Below, in pieces: positions 21,065-33,513 of a DNA stretch of 64,000 nt (positions are counted from its first letter, which is position 1; the number at the start of each line of letters is the position of its first letter). Source of the DNA: Paramoeba atlantica. Its lineage: Eukaryota > Protista > Discosea. The notes below the pieces were generated by a model, which had not been told where the DNA came from, did no database searches, and worked only from the letters and a program-made list of their open reading frames with translations. The stretch is from assembly GCA_977017575.1 (NCBI GenBank), contig CDRNVI010000023.1, positions 62,001-126,000 on the forward strand, given 5' to 3'. The position numbers and the translations under genes are program-made.

Positions 21065-23217
21065 GGGTGCCCCCCCCTACCCGGGGGTGATCCCCGCGCG
21101 CATGCGCAGGACGGGTCCGCCAAGTTCGGATTTTTTCGGAATTTTTTTTTTGAAAAAAAATTCAACTGGGCGAAAAAAATGGCTAAAAAAATATTTTTTC
21201 CAAAATCGTTTCCCCTATTGTATTTTTATAGTTTGAGACCTATACAAGCAGTATAGGCTTTCTCCGCAGTTGTTTTCGCAGGCTAGCTCTTCTTCGAGCC
21301 GTGGTATGCCCGCGAAATTGGCCCATTTTTGACTAAAAGGGATGAAAAAGTATTTTTCACCCCTTTCATTTTTGGACCCCAAGCGGCCCTTTTGGGTCGA
21401 AAAAATGGTGTGGTTGGAGTCGTATTCTCTACCCAATACGGTTGGTAGGCTTTCAGTCCTGCCTACGAGTGATTTCCCGCACGCAAATGTCGGATTTAGT
21501 GCTCTGAGAGCTAAAATACGCAAAAATGGCCTCATTTTTACCCAAAAATCGGCGATTTTTGGCTATAATCATTCTGTTTTCTTCAGCTTTCCAGACCAAA
21601 TTTTCTTTTTTAGGCTCTTCGTTAAACGCGGTGGTAGTTTTCGACGCGAAGATCGCAGCATGAGTGACTTAAGAATGGCTATAAAAAGATTCCAAAATCG
21701 TTTCCCCTATTGTATTTGTATAGTTTGGGACCTATACTAGCCTTCTCCGCAGTTGTTTTCGCAAGATATCTCTTCTTGAGGCCGTGGTATGCCCTCGAAA
21801 ATGGTCTATTTTTGACTAAAAAAGGTGAAAAAGTATGTTTCAGACCCCAAGGGCCCTTTTTGTGTCAAAAGAATCATCGGAAGTCAGCTGTTTCATGCAT
21901 AACCTGTATTTCCTGTAACCCGTTGTGCGCTTTCCACATTGGCACGCATGGCACTCAGCGTTTCCTTGAATGCGCGGGATATCTCTTCAATATTTTTCGG
22001 AGCGGTACTTGCGGGACATACAGTGTACTTGCGCAGTACTTGCGGGACAGTATGTTGGCGGTGACGGGCACGTTTTTGTAATTACAGCGCAGGCATGTCT
22101 CCACATCCACAGTGGTAGATACTGCGTCTTCTGGTTCTTGATACACGAGACAACGCCTAGGAGCCAACACCGAAACGGTTTTTTTTCACATTCCGTACAG
22201 TAAAGCTGCGGAAGAGAATCTTGCCCAGACGTACACCCCTGTCCAGCTTCTGTGATAGAAAAGAAAGGTTATGATATTGGATATTGAATACGTATCTAGC
22301 GTCACTTTTGCGTTATCTAAGCATGCATCAATATATCTTTTAAAAACATAAAAAAAAACCCAAAAATATAAAAAAGCGTCTCTCTGCTTATAAGGACCCC
22401 GAGGAAATGATTGAGCTTTGGGGACGGGCCACAGTTGTGTGGGACGCACTTCCCAGTGCCCTATGCGCGTCCACAGCGAGCAGCATACCTCGCCGTATGA
22501 GAGCGGTGATTGCTGCGAGAGGGGGGCATACAAAGTATTAGTTTTACCTTGTTTTTACCGTTTATTAATCAAGAAATAATCCATCTTTTTATCAAAAAAT
22601 CTTCACTCGAAAAAAGTGTAAAAAATGTCTCAATAATATTTTTCACTCAAGGGTGTTACAGGTCCTCGTACACCCCCGTTCCCCTGTTTTGCCCGGTATT
22701 ATGTGATAAAAAAAGTTTCTGTTTGGGTCTAAAGAGTGGTTTTTCGGCATAATTAGGTGATGCCCTACCAGGGAAAAATATGCCTATAGTCAAACCGCAT
22801 GCGATAAACATGGGAGGAAGGGCAAAAATCTGAGAATTTGCTCATCTGGGCAGTGAAAAAAATCCTGTGAAACTTTTCAAAAATTCTCATCTTCAAGTAA
22901 AATAACTCGGTTTAATAGGAAAGGAAGATCCGAGGAGTCTGCAGGCCATCCTGGGAGAGTGTGAGAGCCTACTCTTTGTTTTAGGTGGAGGAGATTTCAT
23001 CATCAATGCTCGTGTCTTGTCAAAGACGTGTCATCTCTGAAAGAAGAACATCGAAAAGAAAAAGAAAAATTACTTTTTTTTTTAAATTTTGTCAAAGGCA
23101 GACGCGGTTTTCACAGAGATATAAATACTTAAACATGTTCCTCTGAACTAGAACTTGCAGAAAGTTGCATAATTTCTATCGAAATACTAAAGTGGATGAA
23201 ATATTCACTGTAGTATT

Positions 23218-24483
23218 TCAGTAAGGGATCTTCTTTCCTCCATACAAAATAACCATTTCCATTCGTTTTTTAAAAGTACGGTGCAGTTTATAACATTCCT
23301 TCCGACAAGCAGGAGACTTCAAGTATCGATCGCACACTTCCTTTATTTCACTCACGGTATTTGGTCTATGTTTATTCTTGTACAGCTTGAGAATACTCCA
23401 GAAATTTTCTATTGGGTTTAGATTCGGGGAGTCCGCTGGCCATCTTGGGAGAGTCTGAGCACTCTTCACCTCTTTACAAAGCCGCAGAGCCTCAACCCGG
23501 GGATGAGATTTCCACCAGGCGATTGTTAGTATGGCACTTGTGCCCAGGCGCGTTATCGTCCATAAAAATTTTGTTTCCTATCTTTTCCCACGGAAGATAC
23601 GTCTTTTGCAAAAAGCAACTTCGATAATACAATGTTCCGAGCCCTTCTTTTGGAGGAATTTCTTCTTGACCCCCGTTTCGAGTATATTCGTCGTAAAAAG
23701 ATTTGAATTCACACCAGTGATGGAGGAAATTCCCGTCGACATCCATAGCGCCTCATAACATTATTTGAGGTGGATGGTCCGTGCGGGATTTGGATACTGG
23801 GGAATCCGGGTGTTGCCAGGTTTTTCTGGATGAGTCACCGGCCTGTATCATAACTTCGTCAGAAAAAATTAGGCGCGAAAAAAAAAATTGGTCTCGATTG
23901 TCCTGTTCTTGCAGCATTGCTTGTGCAAAGCGAACTCGGGCTTCCATCTTTGATACACTCAGACAAAGAGTATGAACTTTGGGTCCGTAGTGATACTTAT
24001 GGTGCAATAATAATTGGCGTACCTTCTTGCGAGAAGGGACGATCTTGAAGTTTGTCAGCTTCACGTACGCGCATTGAATATCTGTAATTGTACGGTATGA
24101 GCCGTACATAGAAATTGCTTGCGGCAAAAGGTCAGTAGCCGCATCGTAGTGTTCCCATTTCATAATGGAATTTCATCCTGCTCCTCTCCGGTGGAAACTT
24201 TGACAGGAGAATTCCAGAGCCGCCGACATGTCGTGCGCTCCAGAGAAAACATGTAGCCCAACTCCCAACGTTGCACTCGTCCCGTTGATTGAATCTTTTT
24301 GAAGGCAAACGTGTCTTCCTCATTGAGCGCCCCTTTTCCGTGGACTAGGATTGGTAGAGAATCGGTATCTCGCGGTTTTCTTCCACGCTTGCGCTTGGAA
24401 CTGAAACGCCCGCGCCGTATAACTGAATCCCCTTCATCAGAAGAAGGTACTTCTTCAACGGGTCGTTGCTGAAGGTAGCTCAA
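23218..24483 (-). pseudogene. Decayed Tc1/IS630-like transposase
   Basis: LIFSDEV, QIML*GA (W to stop), IFMDDNAPGH, then a frameshift to RWPADSPNLNPIENFWSILK...KRMEMVILYGG. Confidence 0.8.
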
Positions 24484-24969
24484 GATATTTAGGAGTTTGA
24501 TTTCTTTAGCGGCTCTTTTCTCGCTTTCCAGGGTAACTCCTTGAGATAACTCCTAAAGATAGAAGTATACATAAATCGTGGTAAAATAACCTTAAAAAAC
24601 AAAAAAAGAACACAATTCGTTACTGAAAAACGCGGAAAAAACGAACCTTTTTTGCTTAGCCACCACAGCTGAAACAAGGGGTGAAAAACGCATTTTTTAC
24701 ATGCTCTGGCGAATCATCTACGTACTTTGCTGAAAAAATTATTCGAAAAGATCATCTGGTGCGCTCAATCAATGGTCAGTGGCCTCATGGTCAGTGTGAT
24801 GGTACATACCCCTACATAACCCCCATATACTATGACAACGATTCGTCTTTCATTTCAAAAATAGTCACTCAACAAAATATTTTTTCATAACAATTGAGAC
24901 ATTTTTTAACGTCACTGTACTTAGAACGGTGTTCCGTGTTCCCGGAACAGTGTTCCGTGTTCCAAGGAA

Positions 24970-25863
24970 TCACAACGTATGAAGAGTAGCTAATTGTGTC
25001 TGTTTATTTTCTTTGAATGTACGTGCCTTACGGCGATTTCGCAGTAAACTACTACGTTTTTTCGTTTGGTTTTTTTGTCTATGTGACTCACTCTGCTGCT
25101 TCATTTTGGATTTCATTTCACTCCTGGTTATTTTTTCATAAGTTTCCGCACCCTTTTTCCGTTTTCTAGAGCATTTTATGATTTTTGTCTCACCTTTCTC
25201 CTCTAAAATCTTTTTCACTTCCTCCCCATACTCATCAATACTCGCCCCGTCACCCCCGTCATGCTTGAGAAAAGCACACGAGCAAGACTCTCGCGACTTC
25301 CATTCCTGTACTATTGGCGATGTAGAAGGCAATATTGCTACCGAATCGTTGTAGAGGCTTCTGTTGCCAACTTCCCATTACACACATTCTGCATTCCGCA
25401 TCAAACCGAATGCAGACTTAACAAAGTCATTTTTATGTTGATTATAGTGTAATAATTTGTGGTGATCAATTGAGGCGAAAAACCTTTCTACACGGTTTCT
25501 GATACGGTGAGACTTCATATCAAAAAAGCCTAATGCTTCCACGAGAATCGTGTAGTCCAATGGAGCTTCGCACAATACCCGGGAAACACTACTGATAGTC
25601 GGATTTTCCAATAACAACTTTCGTTTTGTCACCCATTCCACACAGAGCGTCGTTACCGCCTCTGCCAAACGATCCATAATTTCTTTTGGGGGGAGGGAAG
25701 TAAACTGCTCTAGTGGGACCATAAGGGAAATCGTACACGGTCGCTTCAGCACACGTTTAATACCGTACACAACCCACTTACGCAGGCGTTCATACAGCTC
25801 TGGTGTTGGATCCACGTAAGGATCACCCGATTCATCAGGCGGAGGTAATTCCATGGAAGGCAA
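24970..25863 (-). CDS. Two unassigned ORFs (161 aa and 120 aa), probably TE-associated
   Basis: ATG-initiated, protein-like ORFs antisense to the host cluster. No recognisable motif. Confidence 0.3.
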
Positions 25864-26206
25864 ACAAATACGACAAAAAGAATTTATAGTGAGTAAAATG
25901 TCGGGGATTATTGATCGTTAGGCGCTTTGTTAAAATTTTTGAAGGGCATTCCAAATACTAAATTTTTTTACTTGTATTTCATCAGCTCATCTTCTGAGGC
26001 CGAAATAATAGCCATTCGTGCTTTCAATTTCCCATTTTTATCGTTCGTGTGTTGTCCATGCAGTATCGATACGCTACCGAACTCTATACAAGTAAGTGTG
26101 TCACACCTTGGGTAATATTTTCTTCAGGAATTTTATTGATGAGATCACACATAGTAGTACAAAGAAATAGGGGATTGTGTAGGACTTCATTCAATCGTAA
26201 TAGAAA

Positions 26207-27799
26207 ATGTCGGATGATCAACTGACTCACGTTAATAAATGTAGCTCTGCTCGAGGAAAGATTCGTGGTGCCTGTTTCCCTCCAGAAATCGAACTTGCAC
26301 TATTTACAAAATATCTTAAAAATACGGATTTCACGTGGAATTCTCATGTTCCTGCCTGTAAGTGGTCTGGAATTCGTTGCACCGACCTTACCATGTCTGA
26401 TGCCGTTACAGACCTTGACTGGGGATTCCGTAACCTTCAAGGAACTCCACAATGGGGACACATACCTTCGTCTGTACGCCGAATAAATTTTCTTTTTTAG
26501 GCTCTTCGTTAAACGCGGTGGTTGTTTTCAACTTAGAAGTCACTCATGCTGCGCGCTTCGCGTTGAAAACTGCCGCCGCGTTTAACGAAGAGCCCAAAAA
26601 AGAAAATCTAGCCTGGAAAACGGAAAGATTATAGCCAAAAATAGCCGAATTTCGGGTAAAAATGGGGTGATTTTCGCGTATTTTTCCTCTCAGAGCACTA
26701 AATCCGACATTTGCGCGTGGGAAATCACTCGTAGGCATGAATGAAAGCCTACCGAACGTATTGGGTAGAGAATACGACTCCAACCATACCATTCTTTCGA
26801 CACAAAAATGCCCCTTTAGGTCCGAAAAATACTTTTTCACCTTTTTTAGTCAAAATTGGGTCATTTTGAGGGGCGCACCACATTTCGAAGAAGTGATACC
26901 TTGCGAAAACAACTGCGTAGAAAGCTAGTGTAGGTCCCAAACTATCAAAATACAATAGGGGAAACGATTTTGGAAAAATATTTTTTTTGTCATTTTTTTC
27001 ACCAAGTTGAATTTTTTTTCAAATTTTTTTTCCGAAAAAATCCGAACTTGGCGGACCCGTCCTGCGGATACGCGGGGGGGTCACCCCCGGGTAGGGGGGT
27101 GGAAAATGCGCGCCAAGACCCTGGCTACCCTTCCTGCGGTTTTTTTTCGAAAACTAATTTTTTCGAAAAAATTTGCTCGACCATGCCCCCCCCCCGTGGA
27201 CCCCCCCCATGGACCCCCCATTTTTTTCAATTTTTTTTTTCAGTTTTGGACCACCGGAGCCCCCTTTTATATTTTTTTCTTCTATTATATTACTGTGTTC
27301 CCCTTTATATTTTCACTGTTTTTGTTCACTTTTTTTTCAATAATCGAGTGTAGAGCGGTAGTTTTACAACCACCGCAATGGTACACTAGATCTAGAGAAT
27401 ATGCCGCCTGATATGAGTGATGCAAGTTTTGGTTCAAACTTTTTTTGGTGGCACACTCGATCTTAGTACGTTACCCGCGGATCTTTTGCAATTTCACGCA
27501 TATAAAAACTCCTTTGTGGGTTCTCTAAATCTTACTACATTACCACAATCACTGCAATATCTGGACCTCAGCGCTAACCTCTTTTCGATTTGAGTCGTCT
27601 TCCCCATGGTTTATTAGTTCTTGATCTGGCATCAAATCGCCTGGAGAAGGTAACAGGGTTAGATTTACTGCCTTCCACCTTGGAAGAGCTGAACCTTGCG
27701 AAGAACCTTGAGCTTTGTGGAGAGTACAATAAAGCCTCGTTACCTGTGTCTCTTGATTTTGAAATCCTAGAGGCAAACCTAGCTGGTGTAGGGGCATAG
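26207..27799 (+). pseudogene. LRR paralog disrupted by a family A insertion, a deletion and frameshifts
   Basis: Near-identical to 28232-29032 up to 26488 and again from 27379. About 90 bp of the paralog is missing at the insertion site. Confidence 0.9.
26489..27378 (-). mobile_element. Repeat family A, complete inverted copy (~890 bp)
   Basis: Reverse complement of 62854-63768, including the terminal palindrome and the TTGCGGTGGTTGTAAAACTACCGC end. Confidence 0.9.
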
Positions 27800-28231
27800 T
27801 TTAGGTCTACAAGTACAAACGACGGAAACCGATTTGTGAACACAAAATTATTTGGACAAGCATGCGGTCTTTGTGATACTCTTCTCCATTACACTTATTT
27901 TCTTCAGAGCAATATTTATAGAATTTTAGAGGCGAGAGGCTGTGGATGTGGATGTGATCATTATGAATGACAGGAGGAGTACTACTGGTATCGTAAGTCA
28001 TTTTAGTAATGGCATTTTTATATATTTTCGTATCCACAATTTGATTCACATTAAAAACGTACAAAACGTTTGTGTGTTGTCCATACAGTATCGATACGCT
28101 ACCGAACTCTATACAAGTAAGTGTGTCACACCTTGGGTAATATTTTCTTCAGGAATTTTATTGATGAGATCACACATAGTAGTACAAAGAAATAGGGGAT
28201 TGTGTAGGACTTCATTCAATCGTAATAGAAA

Positions 28232-29032
28232 ATGTCGGATGATCAACTGACTCACGTTAATAAATGTAGCTCTGCTCGAGGAAAGATTCGTGGTGCCTGT
28301 TTCCCTCCAGAAGTCGAACTTGCACTATTTACAAAATATCTTAAAAATACGGATTTCACGTGGAATTCTCATGTTCCTGCCTGTAAGTGGTCTGGAATTC
28401 GTTGCACCGACCTTACCATGTCTGATGCTGTTACACACCTTGACTGGGGATTCCGTAACCTTCAAGGAACTCCACAATGGGGACACATACCTTCGTCTGT
28501 ACGCCTAATAAATGTCTTTGTTAATGAGCTAACGGGAGTGGTGCCACTCAGCCTTCTACCTCGTGGACTTGACGAATTGGATTTGGGAGGCAACATATTC
28601 AGTGGTACACTAGATCTAGAGAATATGCCACCTGATGTGAGTGATGCGAGTTTTGGTTCAAACTTGTTTAATGGCACACTCGAGCTGGGTACGCTACCCG
28701 CGGATCTTTTGCAATTTCGCGCATACAAAAATTCCTTTGTAGGGTCTCTAAATCTTACTACATTACCACAATCACTGGAGCATCTGGACCTCAGCGCTAA
28801 CCTATTTTCAGGTGGTATCGATTTGAGTCGTCTTCCCCATGGTTTATTAGTTCTTGATCTGGCATCAAATCGCCTGGAGAAGGTAACAGGGTTAGATTTA
28901 CTGCCTTCCACCTTGGAAGAGTTGAACCTTGCGAAGAACCTTGAGCTTTGTGGAGAGTACAATAAAGCCTCGTTACCTGTGTCTCTTGATTTTGAAATCC
29001 TAGAGACAAACCTAGTTGGTGTAGGGGCATAG
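28232..29032 (+). CDS. LRR protein (intact member of the tandem pair)
   Basis: CKWSGIRC cap and several LPxxLxxLDLxxNxFSG repeats. Confidence 0.9.
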   Translation: MSDDQLTHVNKCSSARGKIRGACFPPEVELALFTKYLKNTDFTWNSHVPACKWSGIRCTDLTMSDAVTHLDWGFRNLQGTPQWGHIPSSVRLINVFVNELTGVVPLSLLPRGLDELDLGGNIFSGTLDLENMPPDVSDASFGSNLFNGTLELGTLPADLLQFRAYKNSFVGSLNLTTLPQSLEHLDLSANLFSGGIDLSRLPHGLLVLDLASNRLEKVTGLDLLPSTLEELNLAKNLELCGEYNKASLPVSLDFEILETNLVGVGA

Positions 29033-29308
29033 TTTAGGTCTACAAGTACAAACGACGGAAACCAATTTGTGAACACAAAATTATTTGGACAAGCATGCGG
29101 TCTTTGTGACACTCTTCTCCGTTAAAAGGACCCAGAAGTGCGCATTTTTATCTTTTTCTTAAATTTCCCCATTTTATAAAACATTTCACTCTAAAGTAAC
29201 CTCTACATATCTGCAGTACACTTGCACGTCCATCAAGAGTCTACGTAGAGGATGCCCGCAGTGCTCTCCACGTTTTAATTTCCCGTTGACAACCTCACGG
29301 CTAAACTT

Positions 29309-29750
29309 TAAGCCAGCGTTGCGGCTTTGTCTTCACGTCCAAGCATGTTTGTGCCACGAGTGTGTACTTTTTATGAACCCATTCATGAACTCAACTGTCT
29401 GCATATGGACTTCCGTCTCTCAATCAATCCAATGACGTCGATGATTTACGACTCCGTGACGCAAATCATCACCCAACGCAGCACTTCCTCACCAACGATC
29501 CGTTCAAAGGACGGTCCTAGGGCCCACTGCCAAGTCTAACACTTCGGGATTAGTGGAGCACTGCGCGACGATCAGCGAGAGAGTTCGACCTTATTATAGC
29601 GATTGGTCTTCACGACAACATTTACCCATTGCGAACCATCGGCCCGTAGTCGACGTACACGATTATTTTCGCCCCGCTTAGCCTTCGAGAAGCAAATCTC
29701 TTCTGCATAAATGCTCACGGTTCCCTCAGCCTCGCTACGCCGCATGTCAT
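29309..29750 (-). pseudogene. Decayed Merlin (IS1595/IS1016-like) transposase fragment
   Basis: Manual minus-strand translation gives EEICFSKAKRGENNRVRRLRADGSQWV and, in another frame, GPRTVL*TDRW*GSAALGDDLRHGVVNHRRHWID*ETEVHMQTVE. These resemble the Merlin TD / H..VNH / HT..E motifs. Confidence 0.65.
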
Positions 29751-30061
29751 GGGATAAGGATTAATTCTAACATGTTTGCCAGCCGAGTGATCGCTTTTGC
29801 CCCAAGTCCACTCTCCGTTGAGATCTGTAACCGGCTATTTCCAGATGTGATGCCGTATAAGACTTTAAAAACCTGGTTTGCGGTGCGCCCATATGTGGTC
29901 GTCAGAAGAGGTTCCAAAAAATAGTTTTGCCGCAACACTTTCTACGATCGAAGCGTAACCAATCTTGGGTAAAGTGAAAGAGAATTCGTCTTTTCCAAAA
30001 TATTATTAAATTTTTCAAAATAATTATACCAAAAAGGTCATTATTATGCTTCTATCTTAGA

Positions 30062-30319
30062 AGCGCTCGAGGGATGGAATTTCACCCCTTGGCCTTCACC
30101 ACGTACGGGATCCCGGGCCCAGAGACCTTGAACTTCCTAACCAAGGTGGTCCGGGCCCACACATCCGACAAGAATGGATGTATGTCCCACTTCATGGCCA
30201 TCGGGGTGGCCGTCCAGAGAGGGAACGCCCAGATTGTACAGGCGGCGGTACAAGACTGATACCGCTGCGGCATATGAGGTTAGCTGGGCGAGGGGGTTTA
30301 GGGAGGGAACCAAAAAAAA
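30062..30319 (+). mobile_element. 5'-truncated 3' end of a CRE-clade-like non-LTR retrotransposon
   Basis: FHPLAFTTYGIPGPETLNFL...IGVAVQRGNAQIV resembles the CRE-type REL C-terminus (F.Pla..t.G...avQrgNA). A short A-run follows at ~30312. Confidence 0.65.
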
Positions 30320-33300
30320 TAGTAAATTTTTTTTTACATCTTTCTTCACTCCCTCTTTACACTTCTTCGTTAAATATGAACAGAGTCATACATGAATGAA
30401 GAGTCACACACAAATGAAGGACACTGAGCTGCTCCAGCTGGCCGCTCGCTCCCTCATAGAGTTGTGCCCCCTCTGGGAAGCTGCCACCCCCTTTTCAAGG
30501 GTGACACGCTAGGCCCTTCACAGACGGTTGGGGTGCGAGATCCGAGCTCCTCTATCAGTTTCCGCGGTTAAAGTAAAGCAAAATTCGCCTTTTTAAAAAG
30601 ATTAAAAAAAAAATTGCTTTACACCCTATCTAGAAATCTACCCTTGCATTTCTTAGTACAGTGCCACACACTATCCTCTAATTCCATTTCTTTTGGTGAT
30701 GAGTGTGTCCTTTTTCCACAGCAAACCCTTCTCGTGACAAGCCCGTGGCTTTGAAGCCACTGCTCGCACTATGCTTCCGTCCGGCGTGATATACGGCTGA
30801 GGGTGAACTTTCTTCGACAAGCGAACCCCCGACACCCCTGGCATACCATAGAAAATAACGGAAAAGGGGTATACAATAGTCATATACAATATTATGTACG
30901 TAGATAATGTCCTTTTGTCGAAAGGAAAAATTTCAAGCTAAAAAGTCATAAGAAAAGCGAATTTTCCTTTACTTTCACCGTTTCCGCTTGTCCAAGGCGG
31001 CGCCGACGGGTTTAACGTGGGGTACGGGATCTCCCTGGTTCCCGGCGGGAGGCTCCGGGTCGATCCTCCGGGCCCGTTCGGTGGGTCTGGGCCCTTACTC
31101 GGCCGTACTGGGTGTGGATTCTGGGCCGCCAGGGAAACTGGCGCACCCGCAACTGGAACACATGGCCTTTGGATTCATAGTCGGGTGCGTTAACGACTGA
31201 GTCGCCTCCCCATGTGTGACAGAGTCACACGATGACTTTTCGGTCACACGAGAATGGCCCTTCAATTTGTTTTCCCATACCGCACGACCTTTGGAATGTA
31301 ATAAGTTTGCCGATTGTAATACAATTTGCATTCCTTTGAGGAACTGATTCGCATACAGAAATAGAGGTAGAGAAGTGCTACCTCGCATTCTCTGAGCAAA
31401 TCATCTTTAAAGCACTGGGCGTACTGTTGAAAGTCTTCAGGTTCCGAATCAGTAGGAGCTGCATCGGGTATGCTTGAAGAACTTCCGACAGGAGATTCCA
31501 TCCTTTTCACTTTTGCACTACGGACGATTGTCTCTGCTTCGACAAGTTCTTGTCGCAGTTGGGAGCGCAAGTTGCGATGAATAAAAGAGGCTGAGCTGAA
31601 GATACGCTAGCGGGGCGCTTCAGAAGTGACGGAGCGTCCTACTATCTTTCGTCCCGCTCGAGTCATACATGAAAATTTGTCATTGACAACAAAATCGTTC
31701 CAAAAACAATAAGCAATAAAAACAATAAGCAATAAACATCCGCGAGGATATTGCAAAATGAGATTGTTCATGGTAGGCTCACCAGGAATTGAAACAAGTC
31801 CTTTCGTCGCCATCCAATTAAAATCTTCATCTTGTAAGATCGCATTAAAAATACCATGCCTGCATTTCCATCTCTTTGCAGTTGTAAGTTTGGACCAGTA
31901 GTGAAACCTTTCACTGTTTGTTCGGAGAGCCACTTTTTATTTCTTGTTTCGCTTTGCCATTCATCAAAAGAAAGCCTATGCGAATTTGTCAAATGTGAGA
32001 GAGGAGCGTCATACGACGACTGTATACAGGGGGGGGGGAGTTATGTCTATAAAAATCGAGGCAACAAAAGTTGTGTCAACGAAAGTCGCGTTAATCCCAG
32101 AAATTAACACAACTTTTGTTGATACAACTTAATTTCCCCCCTGCACTCTTCTCACATAAGAAAACCTTTCATGACTCCTCGGGGCAAACTTGGCACTCAA
32201 ATGTTTTCCTGCCCAGCAACAGGTGCAAAATGTGAAGATACGAAAGCAGCTCGGGACTCATCATTGAATCTGTTGTTTGCGCTTTGACCTGAACATGTTG
32301 GTTGGAATCAGGGGTTAGAATTCCATATTTAGCAAATAGCTTTTAAGCTTTTTTTGCTTGCAAATAGGTTGTTTCCCATTTTGGGCTAGTTGGTGTGAAA
32401 AGTGAGGTTTGAAGCCGCCCCTTTCCAAGAGGGGTCCTCCTCACCACCTTCCATCCTCATCCAAGATGGGTCCTATGGGTAGCACTGGGTAAAATTGGGT
32501 GGCAGTCGGTAACTGCAGGCACTCCATTGTTGACGCCTAACGCTACTCTCAAAACATTCTATGAACCTCGCAGGAAATAGGTCTGAGCACCGTCATGATG
32601 GGAGTATTCACTGCCTCTCAACTCTAGCGGCACAGTTGTTCCTCCAATGATTTCATCAGCATAGGAACGTAACTCAGACAAATATTGATTCGCGACAACA
32701 TTTGAACTGGCATCGACGGTGAACCTGTCCTACTCCCCCCGAACTGCTCAGCGAAACAATGTAGTCAATAATTCAAAGCAATCGCCCACAGGTAAGACAG
32801 ATTCACATATCGTAACCCCCCCAGTAATAGAATCGATCTTGGGTCAAAATGGCCAAATCCTTGTTACTGGGGGGAGTATGCTTTTTGGGTGAAAAAGGAC
32901 CTTTTTTGTTCATGAGCGTTGATTTTCCGCCCATCCAACCACGCAACCACGCCATTCGCTCCCCGGCAACCTCCCTCACCCCGCCCAGCCACCCTCACCC
33001 GCCCAAACACCCCCCCTCCAACGACCTTGTTGCGAATCCTTGAAGCCGAAAAAGGGTCAAAGCCTTGTTACTGGGGGGGTCTACGGTAGTACCTCAAACC
33101 GCGCCCACCTAATGCCTCTACCAAGATTTCGCACAGGGAATGGGACGTCATTTTTTCTTTTTTGGTGCACTGGATGTACAAAAATGTTAGTGCGTTGGAT
33201 AAGAAAAAGTGGGGTTTCATTTGTGCACGGGATAAGATAATCCAGAGCTACATACCCTCGCTATGTTAGGAAACACGGTGGTAAGCAAAATATTTCCAAA

Positions 33301-33513
33301 AATACAAGAAAAATGCAAGGCCAGTAGGGGGTACGTATCGTTGAATACCATTGTATCTTCGCAGCATCTGTGTAGTAGCAAAGAATAATACAGTAGCACA
33401 GAATAATACAGCAGAATAGTAAATACAGTTTACTGTTCACTATTTATACAACAGCACAGAATATTCAACTAATTAGTGCTTAAAATTTTATTGTCCATCT
33501 TACCCATTCTCCC

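Larger units (their letters stand above)
18546..21069 (-). mobile_element. IS30-like TIR transposon (2.5 kb)
   Basis: 23-bp TIRs match 22/23 (CACTCGCACCCTTATCTGTCATA / TATGACAGATAAGGGTGCGGGTG). Inserted in a C-run of family A and encodes an IS30 transposase. Confidence 0.85.
18283..21670 (+). mobile_element. Repeat family A copy interrupted by the IS30-like element; a partial tandem copy follows at ~21691-21880
   Basis: 18283-18545 and 21070-21670 together rebuild the intact unit seen at 62854-63768 (TTGGCGCGCATTTTCCACCCC|CTACCCCGGGG). Confidence 0.85.

Noticed and set aside
23750-23752. TGA at a Trp position suggesting a reassigned genetic code
   Set aside because: Host genes end in TAA, TAG and TGA and use TGG for Trp. 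Other in-frame stops in the TE relics fall at non-Trp positions, as expected from decay.
33423-33436. ATACAGTTTACTGT upstream of CCT8 as an SL relic
   Set aside because: Needs gaps and is short in AT-rich sequence; not distinguishable from chance by eye.
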